From: Chiloscyllium plagiosum
Taxonomy: Eukaryota
Length of the DNA: 64,000 nucleotides
Assembly: GCF_004010195.1 (NCBI RefSeq)
Contig: NC_057752.1
Span: 6,026,044-6,090,043 of the forward strand
Direction: 5' to 3'
Shown here one piece after another: positions 39,471-53,580 of the stretch. Numbering within the stretch: the stretch's first letter is position 1; every line of letters begins with the position of its first letter. Position numbers and translations under genes: made by a program. The notes under the pieces are model-generated. The model saw only the letters and a program-made list of their open reading frames with translations, did no database searches and had not been told where the DNA came from.

Positions 39471-39638
39471 TTACGTATGAGAGAAGATGTCATCACGATG
39501 TACATAAACGTCCCCTCCCCCCTTTTTTGGGTACAATTTAGTAATTAGAATGAGTTTGCGTCATTTAAAAAGATTTCACTCCAGTCTCTTCCCGCAAATA
39601 ACATTTAAACACGCAATTCCAGCTTGTTTGCCTAACAG

Positions 39639-39850
39639 GAGGAGAACTTCTTCAAGGTAGGCATCCTTGCAAGAGGATACGCAGTAAGGTTAAGATCATC
39701 TAGGCAAAAGTGAGGACTGCAGATGCTGTAGATCAGAGTCAAGGTTAGAGTGGTACTGGAAAAGCACAGCAGGTCAGGCAGCATCATTCCTGAAAGGTTT
39801 ATGCCTGAAACATCGATTCTCCTGCTCCTCGGATGCTGCCTGACCTGCTA
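39639..39850. mobile_element. PLE-derived remnant just upstream of the TARBP2 promoter
   Basis: gaggactgcagatgctg...gaaaagcacagcaggtcaggcagcatc plus a partial inverted copy. Confidence 0.7.
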
Positions 39851-40475
39851 AAATTTGATTTCAGCAAATAAAGTGCTCTGGTATAATGCAACAGTTGCAT
39901 TGCTCTGCATCCTCACCCTAAAAAAAATTGCACTATGGAAAACCGTTATACCCGTTCAGTAGAAAGTTTGTCCAAACAGCATCCACAATTCATCAATCGC
40001 ACGATAGCCAGTTCGTGCTGACGAAACACTCATTATACCAGGACATACTGTTAGTATCACAACAGTTGGATAATCTACTTTTAAAACCATCTGATCAGTC
40101 CAAAAGCACAAGACTCAAAAATTATTATTGTACCTCTGTTGACTCCTTGATTTCTTTAAAATATATTTGCTGATGTTTGAGAGTAACAGAGTTGCACTCC
40201 ATTTACACAGAGCAAAGCAAAATGCAATTGTTTGAGAGATTTGGGGAGAATAAATCAAATATTGGCAACAGTCCAACAGATGGCAAGTGTGTAGCATTTC
40301 CGAGCCAGAGATTGTAAGGAAACAGCAACATGTACAACAGTTTAAGTGTATAGTTTCAGAATAAAATAAATGAGCTATATTTATATTTTAAAAAACTCAA
40401 ATCATAGTTAGCTTACCTTCAGTAGAAGGCAAGCTGGCTAGATCTTGTCTCTAGTGTATCAACTATGAGTTAAGC

Positions 40476-41054
40476 CTCATGCAATGCTGTCACTTTAACA
40501 AGGTTATTTTGTCCTTGTTTTTTTCCAAGAGAGGTTGTAAAGGCAGAGGTCCCAAAATGTCTGGAAAGACCCTAGTTTAACAATGGCAGTGAAGTGGGCA
40601 ATTCTCCCAGTTTAGGTTTTTTTCTAGTTTGATTTAGTTGTAGCAGAGAAGCTACTGCAATGCAAAAAAAAAAGGTTCCAAGCTTCAGCAGATGATTCCT
40701 GGCTGACATTTCTCTCTGAAATCTCTTCTGCCTGCAAGAACCTGCGTTTGTATTTACCTTTTGTCAAGGGGTGTGTTTATGGGATATTGCAGGAATTGGA
40801 ACAGCTCGTTGGTTAAGTTGCTGTGTCAGGTCAGTTAAGTTTTCCAATAGTTAAGTCAATCTAAAATCTGTTTTATTTTGTTCATGTTTCAACTGTAGTG
40901 TTCAAATAAACTCTTTTTGGTTAAAGAGGAGTGGTTTGACCAGCTGCATCACACCTGGAATATCCACTTCACATCCACCTTTAAAATAAGAAAAAGTTAG
41001 GATCTAGGCTATCTTCTTAAAATATTTTGAGGGGGTCTGGCCTAGTCCATAATA
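40476..41054 (+). mobile_element. Diverged solo LTR related to the Gmr1-like LTRs
   Basis: Shares ctttaacaaggtta..., ttctcccag..., aataaa...gtggtttgaccagctg, and the end gggggtctggcctagtccataa. Confidence 0.8.
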
Positions 41055-41344
41055 GCGTGTTGTGTTGCCATGAAGTGGCGTTAAAAAAATTGCAGTGTGT
41101 GTGCAGAGACTGCTTGTCCCAAAATAAAATGTGCTATTTTTCAGTCAATATTACTTTAAAACTTTGGTCATCTTACAACTCTTCATCTCAAGGAGTTCAG
41201 CAGTTTCTGGCTGGCAGGGTGAACAGAATACCTGCAACTTAAACTTTCATCTACATGCCACTTCAGCTCTTGAAATTTCAAGGCATGTTGGAATCTTGAC
41301 AATTTGGGATGAATATTAAGTCCAGTTGGAAATGATGTAGCCAC

Positions 41345-42180
41345 TCAGAGTCATAGAGATGTACAGCATGGAAACAGACCCTTTGGTCCAACCCGTCCAG
41401 ATATCCCAACCCAATCTAGTCCCACCTGCCAGCACTCGGCCCATATCCCTCCAAATCCTTCCTATTCATATACCCATCCAAATGCCTCTTAAATGTTGCA
41501 ATTGTACCAGCCTCCACCACTTCCTCTGCCAGCTCATTCCNNNNNNNNNNNNNNNNNNNNNNNNNNNNNNNNNNNNNNNNNNNNNNNNNNNNNNNNNNNN
41601 NNNNNNNNNNNNNNNNNNNNNNNNNNNNNNNNNNNNNNNNNNNNNNNNNNNNNNNNNNNNNNNNNNNNNNNNNNNNNNNNNNNNNNNNNNNNNNNNNNNN
41701 NNNNNNNNNNNNNNNNNNNNNNNNNNNNNNNNNNNNNNNNNNNNNNNNNNNNNNNNNNNNNNNNNNNNNNNNNNNNNNNNNNNNNNNNNNNNNNNNNNNN
41801 NNNNNNNNNNNNNNNNNNNNNNNNNNNNNNNNNNNNNNNNNNNNNNNNNNNNNNNNNNNNNNNNNNNNNNNNNNNNNNNNNNNNNNNNNNNNNNNNNNNN
41901 NNNNNNNNNNNNNNNNNNNNNNCACTCCACTGGTCACAGGCCTCCAGTCTGAAAAACAACCCTCCACCACCACCCTCTGTCTTCTACCTTTGAGCCAGTT
42001 CTGTATCCGAGTGGCTAGTTCTTCCTGAATTTCATGAGATCTAACCTTGCTAACCAGTCTACCATGAGGAACCATGTTGAACACCTTTCTGAAGTCCATA
42101 TAGATCACGTCCGCCGCTCTGCCCTCATCAATCCCCTTGGTTACTTCTCCAAAAAAAACTCAATCAAGTTAGTGAAATAT
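41345..42180 (-). mobile_element. CR1 fragment spanning an assembly gap
   Basis: YMDFRKVFNMVPHGRL; 3' end ctctatgactct. Confidence 0.85.
41541..41922. other. Assembly gap
   Basis: Run of N. Confidence 1.
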
Positions 42181-43337
42181 GATACTCCTGATGTCACCTT
42201 TTTCATTTCTTCTTCGTTCCCGATGCAAGCGAGAGCTCACCAAGTGACTGCAATGACAAAGCATTTTTATAGTGCAGGAGGGGCTCATTAGGCTGCATCA
42301 GCCAGTCTCAAGCTTTGCATAGGATCAGGGACAAGAAGAGTGCTGGAGATCATTAGGATTTAGCTTTTTCAAACTCCACACTATTTTTAAAAGAGACTTT
42401 AATTCCCAGATGCCTCCCACCAGATGTACACTTTGAGCAGTACTTCCCAAAGTATTTCCAACCAAGGCCCTAATTTGAGGCTTAAAAATTGTCATGACCT
42501 CTTAGTGAGAATGGAGGATCCATCTGTTGGAACAGGAACAAAGCTCATTTAACTCAGTCAGAGATCAATGGTAGTCATCAGTACCCCAGAACGTATGACT
42601 CCAATGGAGGTCCTTTTCTCGACTTTGAGAGGCCCTGAAGCCTTTTGGATGCAGTTTCCTTTGTTTTTTCTTGTTAATTGTATTTCGTTTTGCAAATATC
42701 GATACAGTACATGATATCAAGTTTGATTTAATCTCTGCACTCCATGTATGGAATGCAGAAATCTTTATTCCCCTTTGTCATTGATTATACCATTACTCTC
42801 CATAAAAACTCAAAAGACGGGCTACAGTAATTCAGAGTGATCCTGGTATTCATACCAAATGTCTCAAGACTCCTGAACAACCTTGGAATTTTAGGAGTTA
42901 AATCAGTTGATGAAAGTTAAGTGGAATATTTGGCTCTTGCAGGTATTCGTTCATCCTACCAGCAAGGAAACTGCTAAACCCCTTAAGATGAGACCGCATA
43001 GGGGTTTGAAAACGAGAATGTGATTTCTTAAAATTGCATTGCTTTACTGGGAGTAAACTGGACTTGCAGTGAATTAAGATACAGGTGACAGAGTATTGAA
43101 TGACCAAACCTAGAGGGTAGAATATGGCAGAGGGCCCTTGTGACGCAGTGGTAATGATCCTACTTCTAAGTCAGGAGGCCTGGGTTCACCTGGTCCTGGA
43201 TTCATAATAACAATTCTGAACAGGTTAATTAGAGAATATATAGACTGCGAGAGACCAGCCAGGACTGCATTGGAGTAGTTGAAACCCATGGCTAGTGGCT
43301 TCCAGTTGAATTGATTCAATTACTATTGCCAGACCAA

Positions 43338-43649
43338 AACAGTCTTTCGGATGGCCACAAAACAAATGACAATAAGCACCATAAAAGGTTGGTTTTAAAA
43401 ATAGACTGAAAACATGAAAAATATTGGTCCAAAACATCAACTTTATTCATGAAACTTACAATGCAATATAAAAGTAAATAGGCGAGCACATATCAACAGT
43501 CTTTCTGATGGCCACAAAACAAATGACAATAAGCACCATAAAGGTTTGTTTTAAAAATAGACTGAAAACATGAAAAATATTGGTCCAAAACATCAACTTT
43601 ATTCATGAAACTTACAATGCAATATAAAAGTAAATAGGCGAGCACATAT
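43338..43649. repeat. Tandem duplication, 2 x ~157 bp
   Basis: aacagtctttc...ggcgagcacatat at 43338 and 43495, differing at only a few positions. Confidence 0.93.
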
Positions 43650-44839
43650 AAAACTTACAAAGAATACAACAGTTCTTAGGAAAAGCTGAGGTATATTCAA
43701 ATGGATGCTGTGCACAATTTTGTTTTAGTCTGCGGTAAAACAGAATAAGTGTTGATTTCAACAATTCCAAGTTGGTGTCGATCAACGATTACAAAAATTA
43801 GCGTTTTGTCTTAATTTGTAAGTTGCTTTGTTGCGTCTCACTTGCAAGTCCTACATTCCAACAGTGACTACACTTCCAAATGACTTCATTGGCTGCAAGT
43901 AGTTTCAGGATGTCCAGACTTCTTGGGAGGTGCTATATAATCTAAGTTTGTCTTTACACAGTGGATCTGAAAGACGACAAGTCTTCTATCCCAACTATTT
44001 TACACATCTGGCTTATTGATATTCTTTTAGGGACAGAAATCTGTCAACCTTACCTGGTCTGGCCTATATGTAACTGCAGACTCAACAGCAATGTTATTGA
44101 CTCTTAACTGCCTTGTGAAATGGCCAAGCAAGCCACTTACTCAGTTCAAAGGTGATTCAGGAGGGGTAATAAATGCTGGCCTAAAAAAAAAAAACACATC
44201 CCATGAAATTGTTAAAAAAAAGGCAGATATTCCTCTCCATCCAGCACAGCATTGTCAGAGTATGCCTGACAATGCAGATAGGATTTTGGAGAAAGTGCAT
44301 GTGATAATTTGAAGATTCTACGTCAAGGATTTAAGATTATGGACTGATCATGGAGGTTTCAGGGTTGCCAATCAACTTAATAGAAAATTGTAAACTTCAG
44401 TTCAATCCCCCAAAGATATGAATTAGCAGAAAAAGCACAGTGAGCTTGATGCTGGCCTTTCATTTGTTTGAGGTTTCAAATCTCTCTTACTGATGGGTGA
44501 AAATCTTCTCTCTGCCAAATTTAAGTTACAAAGACCTTATGTTAACTTGGTCACAGTCCAGGTCTTTAGTGGACCCATGGTAAAGCAGCCCTCAGTTTCC
44601 TCATTTGATAAAGTTGACTGATGTGGGAATTGGAAACTTTTCATACTTAGACAATTGGGAGTATTTGCAGAGATTGCAGCCAAGACACATTTTGCAACAG
44701 AACAGAGGGAGCTTTACTCTATATTTTACTGGAAGTGTTTGATATTGAATAATGGGTGCTCAAAATAAGATAAATAGTGTTCCATCCCCCAGCACTAACA
44801 ACCATTGAGTGTACAAATTCACCCAAAAAGAAATATTAA

Positions 44840-45605
44840 ATCTTAGCTGGACTTATACACGTAATGGTAAGGTCCTAGGGAGTGTTGCTGAACAAAGAGA
44901 CTTTGGGATGCAGGTTCATAGCTCCTTGAAAGTAGAGTTGCAGGTAGATAGGATAGTGAAGGCGGCGTTTGGTATGCTTTCCTTTATTGGTCAGAGTAAT
45001 GAATACAGGAGTTGAGAGGTCATGTTGCAGCTGTACAGAAGGTTGGTTAGGCCACTTTTGGAATATTGCGTGCAATTCTGGTCTCCTTCCTATCAGAAGG
45101 ATGTTGTGAAATTTGAAAGGGTTCAGAAAAGATTTACAAGGACATTGCCAAGTTTGAAGCATTTGAGCTATAGGGAGAGGCTAAATAGGCTGGGGCTGTT
45201 TTCGTAGAGTGTCGAAGGCTGAGGGGTGACCTCAGAGTTTTATAAAATCATGAGGGACATGGATAGGATAAATAGACAAAATCTCTTCCCTGGTGTGGGT
45301 AGTTCAGAACTAGAGGGGCATAGGCTTAGGGTGAGAGGGGAAAAGAAATATAAGGGATGTAAGGGGCAACTTTTTCCACGCAGAGGGTGGTGTGTGTATG
45401 GAACAAGCTGCCAGAGGAAGTGGTGGAGGCTGGTACAATTGCAGCAGTTAAAAAGGTATCTGGATGGGTATATGAATGGGAAGGGTTTGGAGGGATATTG
45501 GCCAAGTGCTGGCAAATGGGACGAGATTGGGTTTGAATATCTGGTCGGCATGGACGGGTTGGACCGAAGGGTCTGTTTCCGTGCTGTACATCTCTATGAC
45601 TCTAT
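44840..45605 (+). mobile_element. CR1 3' fragment
   Basis: [15 protein letters not shown]; tail ctctatgactctat. Confidence 0.88.
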
Positions 45606-47899
45606 AACTACTTTCACTATAATGAATTTTAAGGCCTATTTTTTAAAAATCCAACTACATTTAAACAGTTAAGTTATATATATTAAAAAAAAGGTTACCA
45701 CAGTCTAACACAACATTGTTACACTTAACGCCATAGAGAACGGAGCAACCATCTTACATTTTCTTCTTTTGTCAAGGACAATGATTTGAGGAATTTGGTT
45801 CCTTCAACATTACAAAACATTTGTTTTTAACCTTCATTTTGAGAACATTACTATTGTTGGCAGTGTGGTGCAGGCATTAAACAGTCAACAGAAATAAACT
45901 GGTCCAGACATTAAAAAATGCTATATACGTTCTCGTTTGAACCTCTGCTTAATAAGAGGAACTAAGTGGACTTCTTTAAAAAAAAAAGGCTATATATACC
46001 ATTGTTGAACACATTTGTTTGAAAGCACGTCTTCACTACCACCCAACTTCAGCTTGTTTCTAAATTAGATTTAGAATTGGTGCCTTGATATGAAAATCAA
46101 TTTCCCTTGATTCACTTCTCTTAAAGAAAAGGCTTATGAAAGCTAACCTGCACCTGCTTTGGCACCCCGCTCATATTTCCGTTTTGTGCTCATGAACTTC
46201 ATTTTTTCGGAAAACATTGGAGAGTACACTTATGATAGGTGTTCTGAAAATGTGGATTGTTAAACGACATAACAAATAACTAAAAACATCTCAGCCATGT
46301 TTCACCTGGTCAGATCTTCTCTATTGTCAATTGAGACTGAGTTATCAGAGGACATGAAGTGATGCATAGGATGCCTGAGAACAACCAAATCTGGACGCAT
46401 CCGTCTTCTCCCTCTCTCATTTTAATTTTATTGCAAATTTAATCATATTTAAAGAGACACCCAAGTAAATGGGAAACCTTCAGCGCTTGCTCAGCACGAA
46501 GAAAGCTTTTGGACGCAAGTAAATTCAGAAATGAAAAGTAGCATTTTTGGCACAATTGAACAGAAAATAGCTAAAATCCAATTCCCCACCTGGATATGAA
46601 TTATTTCAAAACTAATTTTGGACAGTCTTGTTCTGCTAGCACACAAAGACCATAAAAAAAGGGAAGAAACAGTGTTTCTAATATTGGAGACAGCACAAGT
46701 GTGGAACTGAGATAGAAGATCAGCCATGAACTTACTGAATGGTGGAGCAGGCTCAATGAGACTGAATGGCCTACTCCTGGTCCTGAATCTTATGAAAAGA
46801 CACAGAACCTAGCTTAAAAGTACAAACAACAGAAAATCTTTCAGTGCTTTTAAGGAATCCATTTAACTCAAGAAAAAAAAAAATCAAACAAAAATAGACA
46901 GCAGATTTCCCAGATGCATTTCAGGTATTCTAAGAGCTCATCTTATGTGGTCCAAGATCAAATGAAATACTGCAATGCCTGAAGAGCCCTTTAAGTTTAA
47001 AAAAAACTCTAAGGCTAAATTGATATGACTATTCTGCCTGTCTTTTCCCTTGTCCTCGTTTCTGAAGTTGAGCCATGAACTTCCACTGGATTTGTCCATG
47101 CTTACAGGCAAAGTACTGCAGTAGTTAGCCATTGCCTTCTGCAGGTAGTTGGCCTGATCTTACTAGCTGCCATTAGGTATATTAGGAGGCCTGGCGTCAG
47201 GGACATTAGCACTGTGCAACAAGTCCTGTTTACATAAGTAGCAAGAGCAGAATAATAGCTCATTTCATTTCTGCTTGACCATCCTGTGTACAGAGCTGTT
47301 ACATTTATGAACAAAATGCTTTACAAAGGCCAAGAGGAAATTTAGTGTAAAAGCAGAATATTAGGGATGTTGGAAATCAGAAATCAAAACAAAGCAGGTC
47401 TGGCAACGTCTGAGGAGGGAGAAACAGCAATTGTTGAGTTGAATATGGAGTCATATTTGACTTGAAACATTTACTCAATTTCTCTCTTTGCAGATGTTGC
47501 TGGACCTCCTGAGTGTTTTCAGCACTTTTAAAAGGAGTTTTTTTAAAAATTTAGTGTTTTGATAGTGAACAAGACTGACTAAATCAAGCCTTGTAGAAGA
47601 AGATCGAGACAAGAGGTTGTAACTTATTTTTAAAAATGCACGAGATATTGTGATGCTGTGGATAGCGTCCCTACCTCGAGGTCAGAAGTCTTGGGTTTTC
47701 TCCCCCCTACATTAGGACTTTCTGGCTACAGGTGGTGTGCTGGCAACATGGTCAAAACAGGTTTATTATCAACCTGCAAATCCTTCCAATCCACCTATGG
47801 CAGACAGTAAGAGCAGGCACCCCTTCTGGTCAGCCAGAACTGTATGGTAGCTACAGCACAACTGTACCCACATGTTAAAAGACTCCACACAAAAGTTCT

Positions 47900-48212
47900 T
47901 TAGATCAGATTAGATTAGATTCGTTACAGTGTGGAAACAGGCCCTTTGGCCCAACAAGTCCACACCGACCCTCCGAAGAACAACCCACCCAGACCCATTC
48001 CCGTCCATTTACCCCTTCATCTAACACTACGGGCAATTCAGCATAGCCAATTCACCTGACCTGCACATTTTTGGACCGTGGGAGGAAACCAGAGCACCCG
48101 ACGGAAACCCACGCAGACACGGGGAGAATGTACAAATTCCACACAGAGTTGCCTGAGGCGGGAATTGAACCCGGGTCTTTGGCAGTGTGAGGCAGCAGTG
48201 CTAACTTGCCAC
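47900..48212 (-). mobile_element. tRNA-derived SINE
   Basis: Reverse complement of the same SINE with a (tagat)n tail. Confidence 0.82.
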
Positions 48213-50640
48213 AGATTGTACTCTGACAAACATTCCACAATTGTTCTGAGCAATTGCTGATGATAAATTTTAAAATTGTCACTGAGGAGTGAGTGAGGAA
48301 AATGATTCATAAATTTCTTTGCTCAGGTGTTGTTCACAAAGAATGGCATTTGTTTACTACTGGAAGTAATTGACAATGAGAGACCATTGCACCTTGGAAG
48401 GGAAAATTAAATCACTACTTGAAGCTGAGGTAGGTGCAGAGCTGTAGCAGAAAGCGTACAAGTCAGCAGAATTAATATTGGATTATTCTAAAGATTATTA
48501 TTGTAACAATGGGCTGAATTGCAGGTTTGTAGACACCTATGGTTTGTGCAACACAAACAGAAGAGGATTCCAGTCTGGACAGGAAATTATTCTGGATCGG
48601 TTTTTCTTCCCCTTTTAAATATATTAGATTTGAAAATACCTCTGAACAGTTCAACTGGACCATTTTTGTTAAGTTTTCTGTTTGAATCACCTTTCACCAC
48701 CACTGTCATGTAAATAAAACTATTCTTAAGAGAATGAACTTATAGCATCGCTTGGTTTCAAAAGTGATTACATTCAAATCAGTTCACATAAAGGAAGATG
48801 AAATAAAAGTAACAAAATATAGAAAAATATTAATTTATTTTGTACCTCAGCTCGTGCAGCTGAACTGAACTACGAATAAAGTTAAAGAAATTCAGGAACA
48901 ACAATCATAGATGATAGTATGACTGCAGCACAAGTAGGGCCATTGGAAATGGTGACAAGGATAGCCAAATACTAATGGAATCTATAGTCCCAGATTTAGT
49001 AGATGATAAAATTAGCGTCTACTAATGATAACCTATATATAGTTGACTAACCCTTCCTTAATCTAGGTTTTAATCTCTACTGGTTTACCTGCAATTTGTT
49101 TTGGAAAAATAAAGTATAAATAGAATACAGTTAGCTTATCAACTTGTTAAACCTCAGATCTCCAGGTTCAAGCAACGTTAGTGTTATAGAATACTTGTAA
49201 CAGGCTACATTATTAAGGAAGTGGTTTTTGAGTTGCATGGAACTTGGTTTTAGCTGATGTAAACTGAATGTAAAACTGCTAGGGACTTTCCAGGGGAAGA
49301 AAAAGGACATATGTTCTATATATCCTTATCCAACAGTAAACAAATTCAAGGGAACAAATTAGAGTAGTGTGCCTCAGATGATATCAATCTGAAACCATCT
49401 GCTGTGATGTAGTGGATCACATCCTGCCTTGGAGTCAGCAACTTTGGGTTTGAATCCCACCCCAGGACTTGATGACCACCAAAGATTGGTTCAGAATACA
49501 GCCAAACATGTTGAGTATTGACTTGTGATGCTTTCAAGATACACCAATTGCAGGCGAGAATAGGACAGGAGAGATTTTTGATCAGTCATGTGATGGAAGG
49601 GAAATTGGAATCTTGCCCATCACTATTCCAAGCTCCAGGTAAAAAAGTGTTGCCATAGCAACTGAGACTCCGAGCGAACTGTAACACACATTTTATCATC
49701 ACAAATGTTCTTTTTAATGGCAGTTAGGATGCCCGAGTCTTTGATCCAACCTATCGCTTGGATTTGGTGTCTGGGAAGTAGACGTCATTACAAGCAGTCT
49801 GTGGTCAGTCAGGGTATTTGATACCCATGGGTTTTATGGAACTACATCACCACCAAACAATACAATTCTTTTGGTGTAACCCATTACTCAATCAGTTTGA
49901 CATTGAGCACAGTAATTGAGGTGAGTGAAATTCAATTTATCCATTGAAAATGCAATGGAGGCAGTCTGCATTTCAGCAAGTGGACCTTTAAGTGGTAAGT
50001 GAGGTTATAGGAGGCATTTGGCAGTCCCCAGATATACCACCACACAGGTCTACTTAAATCAAACATGGAATGGGATCTATTAAATTATCCATATGGTTCT
50101 AAATGGTATTCAATCACCATTGTCTGATTTATAAATTGGGTTATTGCACATGACATTATTCAACTCAGTTTGCTAAATTTTGAATTCATTTACAGAGACG
50201 TTTTGCCTCTTGCATGGGAGGGGGAAACTAATGTAATGTTCCTTCCTGTAGAGAATGCTCCCCTATTTTTGTCCTTCACATGTATTAGTTGGGCAAAGGA
50301 CTGAAGCCTAGAATGTAAGAAAAAACTAGGGAGCCAACTTAAACCAAAAATCCAAGACACTCTCACCCTACCCTGCTAAATTTTCAACATAATTTCAAAC
50401 AAGTATTAATGCATTAAATGGCACACCCAATACTAAAGATTAGTAAGTTACCAGCATTTTCAGGATGGGAAGTTTCCATCTTCTGTCAGGAGCTATTAGT
50501 TCTGATGATTTTCCGACAATAACATTGAAGATGCTTCTGTTCATGTGGTGATGTAGTTTCCTCCTCATGATATGGCTGCGTCTCAACTTGTTCTTTCTGG
50601 GTGCCACTTGACAGAGAAGGGCACTATTTCTCCAGGAACA

Positions 50641-50702
50641 TTACTCACCATTGGCACTACTTGCAGATTCATCTTGGACACTTTGGGAAGGTGGCAGTAA
50701 AT
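50641..50702 (-). CDS. Candidate terminal (or penultimate) exon of the PLEKHA3-like gene
   Basis: ttcacag| phase 1: NLLPPSQSVQDESASSANGE* (TAA 50643-50641); an internal G|gtgagt donor at 50649 could splice onward instead. Confidence 0.4.
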
Positions 50703-52741
50703 CTGTGAAGTTTGAAGCCAGCGTATGAGTTGTTTATCTGCATTTCCCTCCCCCAACCATCAGTTCAATCATATCAGTAAGATATAATAGAGAAATAGTG
50801 GCATAAATGATAATGTAACTGGATTAGTATTCCGGGCACCCAGACTAATGCTCTGGGGCACAAACTCAATAAATCTGGAATTGAAAGCTAATTTCAGTTT
50901 AATGGCCACCATTACTATCATTGATTGCTGCAAAACTACATCTGATTCACTAATGTCTTTGAGGGAAGGGAATTTGTCATCTTTACTTGGTCTAGTCTGT
51001 ATTGTGAATGCAGACATAGAGTAAGATGGTTGACTCTAGTCGAGCAAGCCACTTAGTTCAAGAGCAATTAGGGACGCAACAAATGCTGGAGTCACTGACG
51101 AAGCGAAGCCCAGATCCCATGGAACAAACAAACAGAGAGAGGGAGAGGGAGAGAGAGAAAAAAAAAGCTCATCTTATTGGCTCAACACAACGTTTGCACC
51201 ACAGCGACAGGAAATTAAGAGGGGTGGGGAGGAAGGGAGAGAACAGATTGTTGTCTCCTTGCAGCAGAATGCCCAGGCCAGACGAACGGCTATCGTATCC
51301 CCCGACCAAACTGAAGGCCCACAGGCCCATAACCTCAACCATTTGGTGCATTGTGAAATGAGCTGCTAAGTGCAACCCCAGTACTGTATGGAAATTGCAA
51401 CCTTTTGCGTTTGCACCCATTCCACAATAATGGGAGGATCAATGCAAGCCAGCGAGGACAAAAGAAGGTAAATCTCAGCAAAATGAGTCAATTTACTTGA
51501 TACACAAAAGGAAAAGAAAGACACTCCAGTCTTAAACCAATTTTTGCAGTTGTGTTTAATCATATACTTCATACAAATAAAAGAACAGCTAACCGTGGCT
51601 TTTGGGGAGGGTGGTGCAGGAATTGACTATTTACCCATGCTTTGTCTTTCTATCAGAGTCGAATCAATATTAAGTTAATCACATACACATAGATTAGGAA
51701 GCAAGGCTTATTTATTCCATTGGCATCAGACTCTCTCTTGCTCTCAGAAGGCTCCATTTCACACTTCCCTGCTTGAAACTTGCCGTTCCAGTAACTACAG
51801 GTGCCACTTCATTTGTATGATCAACAGGTTCCACTGTGCCCTGATGGCTACAATGTTTGGGTCTACACTAATAATGAGTATTGTCTTGCATCACTAATCT
51901 GGACAAACGGTGCATGGGTTTTGGAGTTATCCAGCATTTGTCAGAGAGGACCTTCAGCCTTTTATCTGTAATGGTACTTTGAGGGATTCAGGGGCTGTGG
52001 AGGGTCAGCCTCAGTCAGTTAGATATTCACGTGTCATATAATTGGCACCACTTGTTCCTTCATTTGCCATCTCCTGTTAGGTCATCCCTCCACCACTTTC
52101 CGGGTGGAATATGGCCTCCCCACACAGGATGCACCCACTGAATTCACACCACACTTCAGACTTAATGCATAAAATGAAAAGTTGTGGTCCCAACACCGAG
52201 CCTTGCGGAACACCACTTGTCACCGACTGCCATCCTGAGAAGGATCCTTTTATCCCCACTCTCTGCCTTCTGCCAGACAGCCAAACTTCTATCCATGCTA
52301 TCCATGTCTCAAACCTCGAGCTTCTGGCTCAAATGCAGGGAGGCTACCCACTGTACCACAAGACCTTCTCCAGTTTCAATTACTGAATAATAATCGATTG
52401 ACAAAATAACCATTTTTTCTGGGGAGGCAGTAACAGTGGTGAAGTTTGAATTCAATATAAAACTAGTCTCTAACAACCCATCTGGTTCACTAATGTTCTT
52501 CAGGGAAGGAAACTGCCATCCTTACCTGGATCTGGCCTACATGTGACTCCAGACCCACAGCAATGCGGTTGGCTCTAAACTGCCTGCTGGGCAAATTAGG
52601 GATGGGCAAGAAATGCTGGCCTACCCACAGACTGCCACATACCACAAACAACTTTTTCTAAAAAAAAAATCATTGGCTCGGGTGTTTCCAGTTACATTGG
52701 TAAGAGGTATGTTTAACAGGATGAGCAGCGTGGTTTCTTAC

Positions 52742-52893
52742 TTTCTGGTTGTGCTGCAAAGCTGTCTGGAGTCTTGTTTCCCACGGGCGATCTTGTTTGT
52801 CTGCTAGCTCGATGGGCAGCCATTTCCTCCAGATTTCTCATTACTGTAATGGAACTCTTCGGAGACTGGACCAAGTTGTTAATTTCTGCATTC
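52742..52893 (-). CDS. PLEKHA3-like exon
   Basis: ctgcag|G AAT GCA... open frame NAEINNLVQSPKSSITVMRNLEEMAAHRASRQTRSPVGNKTPDSFAAQPE, donor A|gtaaga; phase 2-1 fits the preceding exon; weak sequence similarity only. Confidence 0.65.
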
Positions 52894-53169
52894 CTGCAGC
52901 CAAACAGTCAAAAATCAACAAGGCAGCTGTAAGACTCTGTATCTGAGGCTGTTACAAGTCTTAAATAGTGGCAACGTTAGCCATTTATACGCAATAGTAA
53001 AGTCTAGTTCAGATGACAAGATTGGAAAAATTATCTACTTCAAGTTGCTTTCATTTTAAGGAGCATCAAAAATGGACTTCACTGGTCCTTTAGGTAGCTG
53101 CTCCTGAGGCTTGTTTTTTCAAATAAAAAGGAAGCTTAATTCTCTGAATCAGTGCGCCTTTGACAAAGC

Positions 53170-53580
53170 AGGTAATTGTTGCTGATTCCTATTTGCTCTG
53201 GAGAAGGTGGAGGCGAGCTGCCTTCGAATTGCCACAGCAGGTAGTGTACATATTGTTAGGAAGGGAGTCCCAGGATTTTGACCCAGCAACAGTGTAGCTC
53301 CAAGTCAAGATGGCGCATAGCTTAGAGGGGAACTTGCAGGCGATGATGTTCTGCTGCCCTTTTCCTTCTCGATGATAGAGGTCCTGGGTTTGGACAGTGC
53401 TGTCGAAGGAGGGTTAGTGAATTGTTGCAGAGTATATGGTACACACTGCTGTCACTTGAGTGCCAGTGGTGGAGGGAGTGAACATCTAAAAAGATGGTGG
53501 ATGGGGTGCCAAATCCAACAAGCAGGCAATGGGAGTTGTAGTGCTTCTGGTGTCTTGTTGCAGCTGCACTTCTCCAGGTA
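53170..53580 (-). mobile_element. LINE 3' fragment, same family as 1320-1932
   Basis: gagtcccaggattttgacccagc...gaggggaacttgcagg shared with 21490-21585. Confidence 0.55.

Noticed and set aside
47100..48870. Additional 3' exons or a GLTP domain (PLEKHA8-like) for the PH-domain gene
   Set aside because: Several AG/GT-bounded segments exist, but none resembles GLTP and no convincing phase-consistent chain could be built.
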